Assembly: GCA_038087875.1 (NCBI GenBank)
Contig: JAXLNO010000575.1
Location: 124,001 to 188,000 of the forward strand
Direction: 5' to 3'
Source: Malacoraja senta
Lineage: Eukaryota
DNA length: 64,000 nucleotides
Shown piece by piece: positions 49,368 through 60,349 of the stretch. Each line of letters starts with the position of its first letter. Position 1 is the stretch's first letter. The notes under the pieces were generated by a model. It ran no database searches. It was not told the origin of the DNA and saw only the letters and a program-made list of their open reading frames with translations. Position numbers and translations under genes: made by a program.

Positions 49368-49794
49368 AGGGCCTGTTCCACGAGCATGCGACTGCATGCG
49401 GCAAGCGCGACCAAACCGGAAGCGGGGGCCGCGCGGAGGTCGAGTGATCCCCGTACAGGGCCGGTCCCACCAGCATGCGACGAGCATGACCAAACCGGAA
49501 GCGGGGGCCGCGCGGAGGTCGAGTGAGTGACATGAAGTTCGAGCGAAGTCCGCGGGAAGTTCGCGCGTGACGTACGCGTCAAGACGATGCGCAAGGCATC
49601 GAGACGCTGCGCACGCCAGTCAAGGCGGTGCGTGCGGCATCGAGGCGGCTGCGGGCCAGTGTCAGTTTTTCAGAGACCCACGCAATGTCGGGACCAGCTT
49701 TGCACAACTCCATACGGCTCCGGCGATCGAAGTGGGACCGGCCCCGCGAGGCCGTACTTGCCGCATGCAGTTGCATGCTGGTGGGACATGCCCT
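49368..49794. mobile_element. PIF/Harbinger MITE
   Basis: TIRs AGGGCCTGTTCCACGAGCATGC and GCATGCTGGTGGGACATGCCCT; TTA TSD. The empty site is visible in the paralog at ~8849. Confidence 0.9.
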
Positions 49795-50117
49795 TTACTC
49801 ACACATCAACAGTAACCATTGACAAGTAATTAAACTGTTAATAAAACTGCAAGATGCAACAAAGTCACGTCACAAGAAACTGCAGATGCTGGTATGCTGA
49901 TAAAACACTAAGTGCTGGAGGAACTCAGTGAGGCAGGCAGCATCTGGAGAGTAAAGAAGGGTCCCGACAGAAACTGTCACCTATCCATGTTCTCCACAGA
50001 TGCTGCCTGACCCGCTGAGTTACTCCAGCACTCTGTGAAACGTCACCTATCCATGTTCTCCACGGATGCTGCCTGACCCGCTGAGTTACCCCAGCACTCT
50101 GTGAAACGTCACCTATC

Positions 50118-50822
50118 AATGGGTCGATGGTTGAAAGGGTCAAGAGCTTTAAATTCCTGGGCGTGCACATCTGTGAAGATCTTTCCTGGTCCGAGAACAC
50201 TGATGCTACTATTAAGAAAGCACATCAGCACCTCTACTTCCTGAGAAGATTACGGAGAGTCGGTTTGTCAAGGAGGACTCTCTCTAACTTCTACAGGTGC
50301 ACAGTAGAGAGCATGCTGACCGGTTGCATCATGGCTTGGTTCGGCAACTTGAGCGCCCTGGAGAGGAAAAGACTACAAAGAGTATAAACACTTCCCAGTC
50401 CATCATCGGCTCTGACCTCCCTTCCATCGAGGGGATTTATCGCAGTCGATGCCTCAAAAAGGCTGGCAGTATCATCAAAGACCCACACCATCCTGGCCAC
50501 ACACTCATCTCCCTGCTACCTTCAGGTAGAAGGTACAGGAGCCTGAAAACTGCAACAACCAGGTTCAGGAATAGCTACTTCCCCACAGCCATCAGGCTAT
50601 TAAACTTGGCTCGGACAAAACTATGAACATTAATAGCCCATTATCTGTTATTTGCACTTTATCAGTTTATTTATTTATGTGTGTATATATTTATATAATG
50701 ATATATGGACACACTGATCTGTTTTGTAGTCAATGCCTTCTATGTTCTGTTGTGCTGAAACAAAGCAAGAATTTCATTGTCCTATCAGGGACACATGACA
50801 ATAAACTCACTTGAACTTGAAC
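50118..50822 (+). mobile_element. Rex1/Babar LINE, 5'-truncated
   Basis: VERVKSFKFLGVHICEDLSWS...KKAHQHLYFLRRLRR...NFYRCTVESMLTGCIMAWFG; (CTTGAA)n tail; CTATC on both sides. Confidence 0.9.
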
Positions 50823-50982
50823 TATCCATGTTCTCCTCAGATGCTGCCTGACCCGCTGAGTTACTCCAGAACTTTGTGTCTACTTTTTCTACAAACACCT
50901 TAATTCCTTGTATCAACATCTGCGGTTGGAATGGACAGACGACGTTTCGGGTCTGGACCCTTCTTCAGATGTTAGTTAGTAA

Positions 50983-51296
50983 AAGCCCTGTCCCATGGTA
51001 CGAGTTCATTCCAAGAGCTCTCCCGTGTTTGCCCTGATTCGAACTCGGAGATTTACGATAATGGCCACTCAGGGCTATCGTGGACATTTTTCAACGTGTT
51101 GAAAAATCTTCACGAGTCTTCCCGTGCTTACCTGCCATTAGCGGGTGTTCCCGATTACCTGCGTTACGAGCCGCTAAGAGACGTCCCCGAGCTCCGACGT
51201 ACCCGCTACGTTCATTCTCCGTGCTTACCACGAGTTTGATATTTTTTTAAACTCGGGAGAGCCCTTGGAATGAACTTGTACTGTGGGACAGGGCTA
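50983..51296. mobile_element. PIF/Harbinger MITE (second family)
   Basis: ~45-bp TIRs AGCCCTGTCCCATGGTACGAGTTCATTCCAAG and CTTGGAATGAACTTGTACTGTGGGACAGGGCT; TAA/TTA flanks; absent from the paralog at ~9190. Confidence 0.85.
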
Positions 51297-51345
51297 TTAG
51301 TTTAGTTTATTGTAACGTGTACTGAGGTAGTGTGAAAAAAGTTTT

Positions 51346-52118
51346 TAGACAATAGACAATAGGTGCAGGAGTAGGCCATTCGGCCCTTCGAGCCAGCACC
51401 GCCATTCAATGTGATCATGGCTGATCATCCCCAATCAGTACCCCGTTCCTGCCTTCTCCCCATATCCCCTGACTCCACTATTTTTTTTTTGTTGAAAATA
51501 TTTTTTATTGGAGATAAGTACACAACCTATTAACATCATTACAGTCTTACATTTTTGAATTGATAATATTGTCAATTATTATTACATTGTCTCCAATGCC
51601 TTTTGCCTCCACTATTTTTAAGAGCCCTATCTAGCTCTCTCTTGAAAGTATCCAGAGAACCCGCCTCCACCACACTCCGAGGCAGAGAATTCCACAGACT
51701 CACCACTCTCTGTGAGAAAAAGTGTTTCCTCGTCTCCGTTCTAAATGGCTTACTCCTTATTCTTAAACTCTGGCCCCTGGTTCTGGACTCCCCCAACATC
51801 GGGAACATGTTTCCTGCCTCTAGTGTGTCCAAACCCTTAACAATCTTATATGTTTCAATGAGATTCCCTTTCATCCTTCTAAACTCCAGAGTGTACAAGC
51901 CCAGCTGTTCCATTCTCTCAGCATATGACAATCCCGCCATCTCGGGAATTAACCTTGTAAACCTACGCTGCACACCCTGAATAGCAAGAATGTCCTTCCT
52001 CAAATTAGGGAACCAAAACTGTACACAATACTCCAGGTGCGGTCTCACTAGGGCTCTGTACAACTGCAGAAGGACTTCTTTGCTCATTTATTCGATTCCT
52101 CTTGTTATAAAGGCCACC
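51346..52118 (-). mobile_element. CR1 3' fragment containing a ~120-bp polyA-tailed insertion (51486-51606)
   Basis: CR1 C-terminus. The insert is flanked by a CTCCACTATTTTT duplication at a TTTTT/AA site. Confidence 0.85.
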
Positions 52119-53600
52119 ATCTTTGGGTAGTGTTATCAATTCCCCTTTATCTGACCTAATCTGACCTAATTTTAGAAATCGTATGTTCCTTTTCCCGTTT
52201 TTTTCATTTGTCATGCCAAGAGTTTATGTGGCTTGTCACCAAATTCTAAATTTGTAATTTGGAATAGTCTAATAATTCTTTCGGATAAGATTCTATTTAA
52301 TTTAAATTTCAATATTAATATCTTATTATGTTTATCCCTAGTTGGGTCTTTGGCGTTGTCTAAGTCCAATTGTCTTATTTTTTCTTCTAAATTCAGTTGT
52401 TCCATTTTATTTTTTTTATTTTGAAATGCTTGATATGAAATTATCGATCCTCTGATAAATGCCTTAAATGATTCCCATAATAATGAGGGTGATATACCTG
52501 GTATATCATTGGTCTAAAAAAAAAATTCCATCTGTTCTCTTAGATATGCACAACCCTGTGGGTTGCTTACAATTTGGGGATTAAATCTCCAGAACAAATT
52601 TTTATTGATCATACCTTCTATTAATAAGAAAAATGTTAACGGCGCATGATCTGAAATTATACTACTATGGTATTTTGGATTTGATGTAAATGGAATTAAT
52701 TTCGTATCTACTAAAAAGTAATAAATTCATGAGTAGGTTTTATGTACCATTGAGTAGAAAGAATATTCCCGTCCGGCTGGATTTGCAATCCTCCATACAT
52801 CTGTTATATTTGTATCTTTTATGTATGTATTTAAGAGTTCACTAGATTTAGATTTAATGTTTAATCTTTTTTGTTGTGTTGATTTATCCAAATAATTGTC
52901 AAGAACGCAATTGAAATCTCCTCCAAATATTACATGTTGATAATTAAGCTCTAAGATTAAGTTCAAAATGTTATTAAAGAATTGAGGATTATCAAAATTT
53001 GGCGCATAAATATTGACTAAGGTAACTGTGGTTGAGTTTATCTCTCCCGTAACTATGACATACCTCCCATCTTTGTCTATTATTTTATTCTTTAGTTTAA
53101 ATGGTATTCCTTTTCGAATTATGATTGCTGTACCTCTAGATTTAGTACTATATGAGGATTGGTATGTCTGACCGGTCCAATTAGCCCTCAGCCTTGTCTG
53201 CGCTTGTAATTTCAGGAGTGTTTCCTGTAAAAAAATAATGTCGGCCTTGAATGACTTTAATTGTGCCAAGATCTTACCCCTTTTGATTGGGTCATTCATA
53301 CCCCTTACGTTCCAGCTGCAAAACGTAATTCCACCTATTTTATTTTGTGTGGTGTTTTGCATTTTCAATTAATTTAATACATTTATGCCATATGGTGCAA
53401 CACAATACCTTGATCTTCCAGGTGCGGAGTGTATACTTATCTCTTCTTGGCATTCTAGGCACATCCCTTTAAAGAAAATCCTTAACAAAAAAATAAAAAA
53501 AGTAAAAAGTGATTAAAAAATATAACAAGTGATATTGCAGTACAGTGATAAAAACACTGCACTGCTAATAAAAAAAAATAGTGACATTGTAGAAGACCCA
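52119..53600 (-). mobile_element. L1 fragment (ORF2 endonuclease region, degenerate)
   Basis: SWNVRG, FLQET, NIYAPN, GGDFN and EFGDKPHKLLA, with stops and frameshifts. Confidence 0.88.
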
Positions 53601-53825
53601 CCAAAAGGTGGTAAAAATGTAATTGGATGGTTGATGGTCAGCATGGACATGATGGGCCGAAAGGAGTGTTTCCCTCTATACCTCTGTATCTCTCTATCGT
53701 TCCATCTAAGATTGGTTGTCTACATTCTTCATCTTGTTCTTGTCTCCACTGATGTTCTTTCAGCTGTTTGGACATTCCAGTGGTTAGATGTGTGTGTACA
53801 TCCCTTCATGTTCCTTCCCAGCCAG

Positions 53826-54924
53826 TTACTTACTGGCCCGGACGTTTCCATCGTGGTCCATGTAGATGGCGGTGGAGATGAGGCCAGATTCAGAGATGGA
53901 CGACATGGACCTCCTGTACTTGGAGATGATCGCTCGCCTCATGATTCCAGATTTAGCCAAGATCTTCACCAGGTTCTTCCTGAACTTCACCACGATGAAT
54001 GCGTAGAGGATTGGGTTGATGCAGCTGTGCGTGAAGCCCAGGGTTTGGGATGCGGACAGAGCCCTGTCCACATGGTCGCGTCTGGCACAAGAGTCTTCGA
54101 TGAGTTTGCTCCTCATCAGCGCGTCGACCAGCACCGTGACGTTGTGGGGCAGCCAGCACGCCAGGAAGGCCAGCACCACGGCGATGATGACGTTCATGGC
54201 TTTCTGCTTCTGGAAGCCCTTGGTCTGGCACAGTTTCCACACGGTGACGGTGTAGCAGAAGACCATGGTGGCCAGCGGCATGAGGAAGCCCATCACGTGC
54301 CGCAGGAACCTGGTGGCGGTTCTCCAGATATCGGCCGATTGTCCGTCGAGGATCTCGTAGCATCTGGTCCTGCCACCGTGGGTCAACACCCTTGTAGAGG
54401 ACGGGCAAGGACAGGAGCAGGGCCATGAGCCAGATGGCGGCACACACCAGTTTGACCATCCACGGCCTCTTGTGGCCGTGCGACTGGGCAGAGCGGACAA
54501 TGGCCAGGTAGCGGTCCACGCTAATGCTGGCCAGCAGCAGGATGCCACTGTAAAAGTTCACCTCCTGCAACATACTGATCACCTTACACATGGCGTCATC
54601 AAACACCCAGCCAGACACGGCGTCCACTGCCCAGAAGGGCAGGGTGAGGGCAAAGAGCAGGTCGGCCGTGGCCAGATGGAGCAGGTAGACGTCCGTGGAC
54701 GAGATGGAGCGACGGCTGTGAAGGATGACCACCAACACCAACAGGTTCCCCGTCACGGCCAAGAGACACACCAGGCTGTAGACCACGGCATACATCACGT
54801 TGAGTGACTTCTTCACCAGGGGGATGCAGGGAGATACGTCAGGTCCGATATCATACTCATACGAATAGTTTTCAAAGATATTGTCAAAGTCATGGTCTTC
54901 AAGTTTGAAGCTTTGACCCATCAT
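53826..54924 (-). pseudogene. CXCR1/2-like: CXCR1/CXCR2-like receptor (copy B) with a frameshift in extracellular loop 2
   Basis: Frame 1 gives the acidic, Tyr-rich N-terminus to TM4 (DRYLAIV). A second frame gives GGRTRCYE through TM5-TM7 (NPILY) and a Ser-rich tail. The shift is at ~54376-54391. Acceptor CCTACAG|GAAATG. Confidence 0.88.
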
Positions 54925-54994
54925 TTCCTGTAGGAAACACAGATTGGAGAAGGTGAAACGTCATAGCTGTAGCGTTACAAGCGTTTCATATTCT

Positions 54995-55278
54995 GCACGG
55001 CATGGTGGCGCAGCGGGTAGAGCTGCGGCCTCACAGCGCCAGAGACCCGGGTTCCATCCCGACTACGGGTGCTGTCTGTACGGAGTTTGTACGTTCCCCC
55101 CCCCCCCCCCCCCCCGTGACCTGTGGGGGTTTTCTCCGGGATCTTCGGTTTTCTCCCACACTCCAAAGACGTATGTTCATATTTGTAGGTTAATATACCT
55201 GGTAAAATCGTAAATTGTCCCAAATGTGTGTGTGTTAGTGTGTGGGGTAATCGCTGGTTGGTGTGGACTCGGTGGGCC
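54995..55278 (+). mobile_element. tRNA-derived SINE (HE1/V-SINE type)
   Basis: A-box TGGCGCAGCGGG, B-box GGTTCCATCCC and V-SINE-like core. Confidence 0.85.
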
Positions 55279-55574
55279 ATACACACAGCACCCATGGTCT
55301 GGATCGAACCCAGGTGTCTGTACTAACACTATCCCGCACACACTAGGGACAATTTACGATTTTACCAAGTATTATTAACCTACAAACGAATGAATGAATG
55401 AATGAATAAGTTTATTGGCCAAGTATTCACATACAAGGAATTTTCCTTGGTGCTCCGCCCTCAAGTGACAACATGACACAGTGACAGTTAGGAATGACAC
55501 ACAAAACATTAAACATTAATAATAAAACATTATTGACGTACATCTTTGGAATGTGGGAGTAAAACCTTGATATC

Positions 55575-57552
55575 CCTTGATTCCTTAACATCCAATGAAT
55601 TGGCCTCCACTGCCTTCTGTGACAGAGAATTTCCCAGATTCACAACTCTCTGGGTGAAGACATTTGTCTTCATCTCAGTCCTACATGGCCTACTCCTTAT
55701 TCTTAAACTGTGACCCCTGGTTCTGGAATCCCCCAACATGGGGAACATGTTTCCTGCATCTAGCCTATCCAATCCTTTAAGAATTGTGTATGTATAAGAT
55801 TCCCTCTCATCCTTCTAAATTCCAGTGAATACAAGCCCAGTCGACCCATTCTTTCATCATATATCAGTCCCGCCATCCCAGGAATAAACCTGGTGAACCT
55901 GCGCTGCACTCCCTCGATAGCAAGAATGTCCTTCCTCAAATTAGGAGACCAAAATTGCATGCAATATTCCAGATGTGGTCTCACCAGGGCCCTGTACAAC
56001 TGCAGTGGGACCTCCTTGCTCCTAAACTCAAATCCTCTCGCAATGAAGGCCAACATGCCATCAGCTTTCTTCACTGCCTGCTGTACCTGCATGCTTGCTT
56101 ACAGTGACTGATGTACAAGCACACCCAGGTCTCGTTGCACCTCCCCTTCTCCAAATCTGACACCATTCAGATAATAATTTGCCTTCCTGTTCTTGCCTCC
56201 AAAGTGGATAACCTCACATTTATCCACATTACACTGCATCTGCTCACTCACCCAACCTATCCAAGTCACCCTGCAGCCTCATAGCATCCTCCTCGCAACT
56301 CACACTGCCACCCAGCTTTATGTCATCTGCAAACTTGGAGATGTCACATTTAATTCCCTCATCTAAATCGTTAAGAGATATTGTAAACAACCAGGGTCCC
56401 AGCACCGAGCCTTGCGGTACCCCACTAGTCACTGCCTGCCATTCTGAAAAGGACCCGTTAACTCCTACTTTTTGCTTCCTGTGTGCCAACCAGTTCTCTA
56501 TCCATGTCAATACCCTACCCCCAATACCATGTGCTCTAATTTTGCACACTAATCTCTTGTGTGGGACTTTGTCAAAGGCTTTTTGGAAGTCCAGATACAC
56601 CACATCCACTGGCTCTCCCTTATCCATTCTACTTGTTACGTCCTCAAAACAAGTGGAGTTACATTGGCGACCCTCCAGTCCACAGGAACTGATCCAGAGT
56701 CGAGAGAACATTGGAAAATGATCACCAATGAATCCACGATTCTAGGGCCACCTCCTTGAGTACTCTGGGATGCAGACCATCAGGCCCTGGGGATTTATCT
56801 GCCTTCTGTCCCAACCGTTTACCTAACACCATTTTCTGACCAATGTGGATTCCCTTCAGTTCCCCCCTCCCACTAGATCCTTGGTTCCCTAGTATTTCTG
56901 GGAGTTTGTTTGTGTCTTCTTTAGTGAAGACTGAACCAAAGTACTTGTTTAACTGTTCTGTCATTTCTTTGTTTCCCCTTATAAATTCACCTGTCTGTAA
57001 GGGACCTACATTTGTCTTCACTAATCTTTTCTATTTTACATATCTAAAGAAGCTTTTTCAGTCAGTTTTTATACTCCCTGCAAGCTTTCTTTCATGCTCT
57101 TTTTTCCTGCTTAATTAACCCCTTTGTCCTCCTCTGTTGAGTTCGAAATTTCTCCCAGTCCTCTGGTTTGCTGCTTCATCCGGCCAATGTATATGCCTCT
57201 TCCTTGGATTTAACACTATCCTTGACTTCCCTCGTCTGCCACGGTTCAGCCGCCTTCCCCGTTTTATTTTTTCACCAGACAGGGATGAACAATTTCTGGA
57301 GTTCATCCATGCGGTCTTTAAATCTTTGCCATTGCATCTCCACCGTCAACCCTTTAAGTATAATTTGCCAGTCTGTCCGAGCCAATTCCCATCTCATGCC
57401 TTCAAAGTCTCCTTTCTTTAAGTTCAGGACCGTAGTCTCTGAATTAACCGGGTCACTCTCCATCCTAATGCAGAGTTCCACCATATTATGGTCACTGTTG
57501 CCCAAGGGGCTCTGCACAACAAGATCGCTAACTAATCCTTCCTCATTACACA
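55575..57552 (-). mobile_element. CR1 LINE, 5'-truncated, paralogous to the 9900 insertion
   Basis: Same truncation junction (ATCAAT|TGTGTAATGAGGAAGG); RT motifs; internal deletion near 56650. Confidence 0.9.
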
Positions 57553-57554
57553 AT

Positions 57555-57732
57555 TGATAAAGGTAGCATGACTTGCTGAACCACTTCTGCTTTCTCTCAC
57601 TTGAAGACTCACCCTCCACCTCTCCCCTCTCCAAAACGCAATGAATTGGTCTCGTTGAGCGCTGTTGGTTTTGTCTTCCTGAGGCTTGGCGTCTTGTAGA
57701 GACGATCGCGTCCTTTCAACTGGCAGGTAAAG
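57555..57732 (+). promoter_or_regulatory. Candidate promoter and non-coding first exon of CXCR copy C
   Basis: Non-repeat island conserved in the 9720-9900 paralog; TGATAA and AACCAC motifs; donor CAG|GTAAAG at 57726/57727, upstream of the acceptor at 60340. Confidence 0.45.
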
Positions 57733-57907
57733 TCTTTACGTTAAACTCTCTCACGTCGGGATGCATCACAGCACAGTTTGGGAACAGCTCCATCCAAGAC
57801 CGCGAGATATTGCAGAGAATTGTGGACGCAGCCCAGACCGTCACACAAACCAACCTCCCTTCCACTGTTAGACACAAAAAGATGGAGTACTGTAACTCAG
57901 CGCGTCA

Positions 57908-58217
57908 GGCGGTCATGGTGGCACAGCGGTAGAGTTGCTCCCTTATAGCAAATGCAGCGCCGGAGACCCGGGTTCGATCCCGACTACGGGTGCTGTCTGT
58001 ATGGAGTTTGTACGTTCTCCCCGCGACCTGGTTTTCTCCGAGATCTTTGGTTTCCTCCCACACTTCAAAGACGTGCAGGTTTGTAGGTTAATTGGCTTGG
58101 TAAATGTAAACATTGTCCCCCAGCAGGTGGAGGATAGTGTTAATGTGCGAGGATCGCTGGTCAGCGCAGACCCGGTGGGCTGAAGGGCCTGTTTCCGCGC
58201 TGTAACTCTAAACTAAA
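57908..58217 (+). mobile_element. tRNA-derived SINE (HE1/V-SINE type)
   Basis: TGGCACAGCGGTAGAG A-box, GGTTCGATCCC B-box, core and (CTAAA) tail. Confidence 0.88.
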
Positions 58218-58429
58218 TCTCTGGAGAAAAGGAATAGATGGCGTTTCGATTCGCGACACTTCTTCAGACTGAAGAAGAATCTCGACCCGAAACGTCACCT
58301 ATGCGTTTTTTCCAGAGATGCTCTCTGACCCGTTGAGTTACTCCAGCTTTTTGTGCCTCTCTTCGATCTAAACTAAATTATACACATATGAAGAAGGGTC
58401 CCGATCCAAAACATCATCTATCCAATTAA

Positions 58430-58887
58430 TGAGGTTCATTCCGGGGATGGCGGGACTGTCATATGTTGATAGAATGGAGCGGCTGGGCTTGTATACTCTG
58501 GAATTTAGAAGGATGAGAGGGTATCTTATTGAAACATATAAGATTATTAAGGGTTTGGACACGCTAGAGGCAGGAAACATGTTCCCGATGTTGGGAGAGT
58601 CCAGAACCAGGGGCCACAGTTTAAGAATAAGGGGTAAGCCATTTAGAACGGAGATGAGGAATCACTATTTCACACAGAGAGTGGTGAGTCTGTGGTATTC
58701 ACTGCCTCTGAGGGCGGTGGAGGCCGATTCTCTGGATACTTTCAAGAAAGAGCTAGATAGGTCTCTTAAAGATAGCGGAGTCAGGGGGTATGGGGAGAAG
58801 GCAGGAACGGGCTACTGATTGGGGGTGATTGAATGGAGGTGGTGGCTCGAAGGGCCGAATGGCCTACACCTGCACCTGTTGTCTATT
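58430..58887 (+). mobile_element. CR1 3' fragment
   Basis: RFIPGMAGLSY...QRVVSLWYSLP...GEKAGTGY. Confidence 0.88.
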
Positions 58888-59436
58888 ATATCTTGTGTTT
58901 TTATGACTGTTGGCAGTCAATTTGCCTCCTGGGATAAATAAAGTTCTATCGTAGCATATTGTATCCAAATTATTGCCCCAATACCCAACAGGTTGAGTGG
59001 CCAATAGGGTGTTTAAGAGGCTTTTCGATAGGCACATGGATATTCAAGGAATGGATAGATATGGCCACAGCTTGGGTAGTTTACACCCCAACAGTGCCAT
59101 AGTCATAGTCATAGAGAGATACAGCGTGGAAAGAGCCCCTTCGGCCCAACATGCCCCAGCTACACTAGCCCCACTTGCCTGCGTTTGGTCCATATCCCTC
59201 CAAACCTGTCCTATCCATGTACCTGTCTAACTGTTACTTAAACGTTGGGATAGTCCCAGCCTCAACTACCTCCTCCGGCAGCTTGTTCCACACACCCACC
59301 ACCCTCTGTGTGAAATTGTTACTCCAGCACTCTGTATTCTGGGCCAGTGGGTGTTTAAGAGTCTTTTCGATAGGCACATGGATATTCAAGGAATGGGGAG
59401 ATATGGCTAATGTGCTTTAGTGAATCTTGATAGAAT

Positions 59437-59940
59437 GCCCTTCGAGCCAGCACCACCATTCAATGTGATCATGGCTGATCATCCTCAATCAGTACCCCGT
59501 TTCTGCCTTCTCACCATACTCCCTGACTCCGCTATGTTTAAGAGCCCTATCTAGCTCTCTCTTGAAAGTATCCAGAAAACCGGCCTCCACCGCCCACAGA
59601 CTCACAACTCTCTGTGTGAAAAAGTGTTTCCTCGTCTCCATTCTAAATGGCTTACCCCTTATTCTTAAACTGTGGCCCCTGGTTCTGAACTCCCCCAACA
59701 TCGGGAAAAAGATCCCTGCCTCCAGCGTGTCCAAACCCTTAATAATCTTATATGTATAAAATAAGATCCCCTCTCATCATTCTAAATTCCAGAGTGTACA
59801 AGCCCAGCCGTTCCTTTCTCTCAGCATACGACAGTCCCGCCATCCCGGGAATTAACCTTGTGAACCTACCCTGCTCTCCCTCAATAGCAAGAATGTTCTT
59901 CCTCAAATTCGGAGACCAAAACTGCACACAATACTCCAGG
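59437..59940 (-). mobile_element. CR1 3' fragment
   Basis: LEYCVQFWSPNLRK...GEKAETGY. Confidence 0.85.
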
Positions 59941-60349
59941 TTACCCATGATTAAATGGTGGAGTAGACTTAATGGGCCGATTGGCCTAATTCTGCTCCTA
60001 TCACATGAACCTAAATCTAAAGTATGAATGATGAATGAATACGTTTATTGACCAAGTCTTCACATACAGGGAATTTGCCTTATTGCTCCGCCCACAGTGA
60101 CAGTTAGGAATGACACATTAAACATTAATAATAAAACATTATTGATTAAACATGTGAATGAAGTAAAATACCAGCTACTCGTGGAAAAAAGCTGTTTTTA
60201 TGTCTGGCTGTGGCAGCTATGACAATCCGGAGTCGCCTTCTAGAGAAGTGATTCAGAGTTTGTGGCAAGAGTTTGTTTCTCTGGAAATAATTGTACAAGT
60301 TGCCACTAATCCCATTTTCCCTATCTATGGTTTGTTTCAGAGAACTTCT

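Noticed and set aside
54995..55070. tRNA-like sequence with A and B boxes (also 57910 and 46380)
   Set aside because: These are SINE heads that continue into the SINE core, with no complete cloverleaf.
60200..60349. 50-aa N-terminal extension of receptor C in the ORF track (likewise 9 aa for receptor A)
   Set aside because: It lies upstream of a clear splice acceptor and is most likely intronic.
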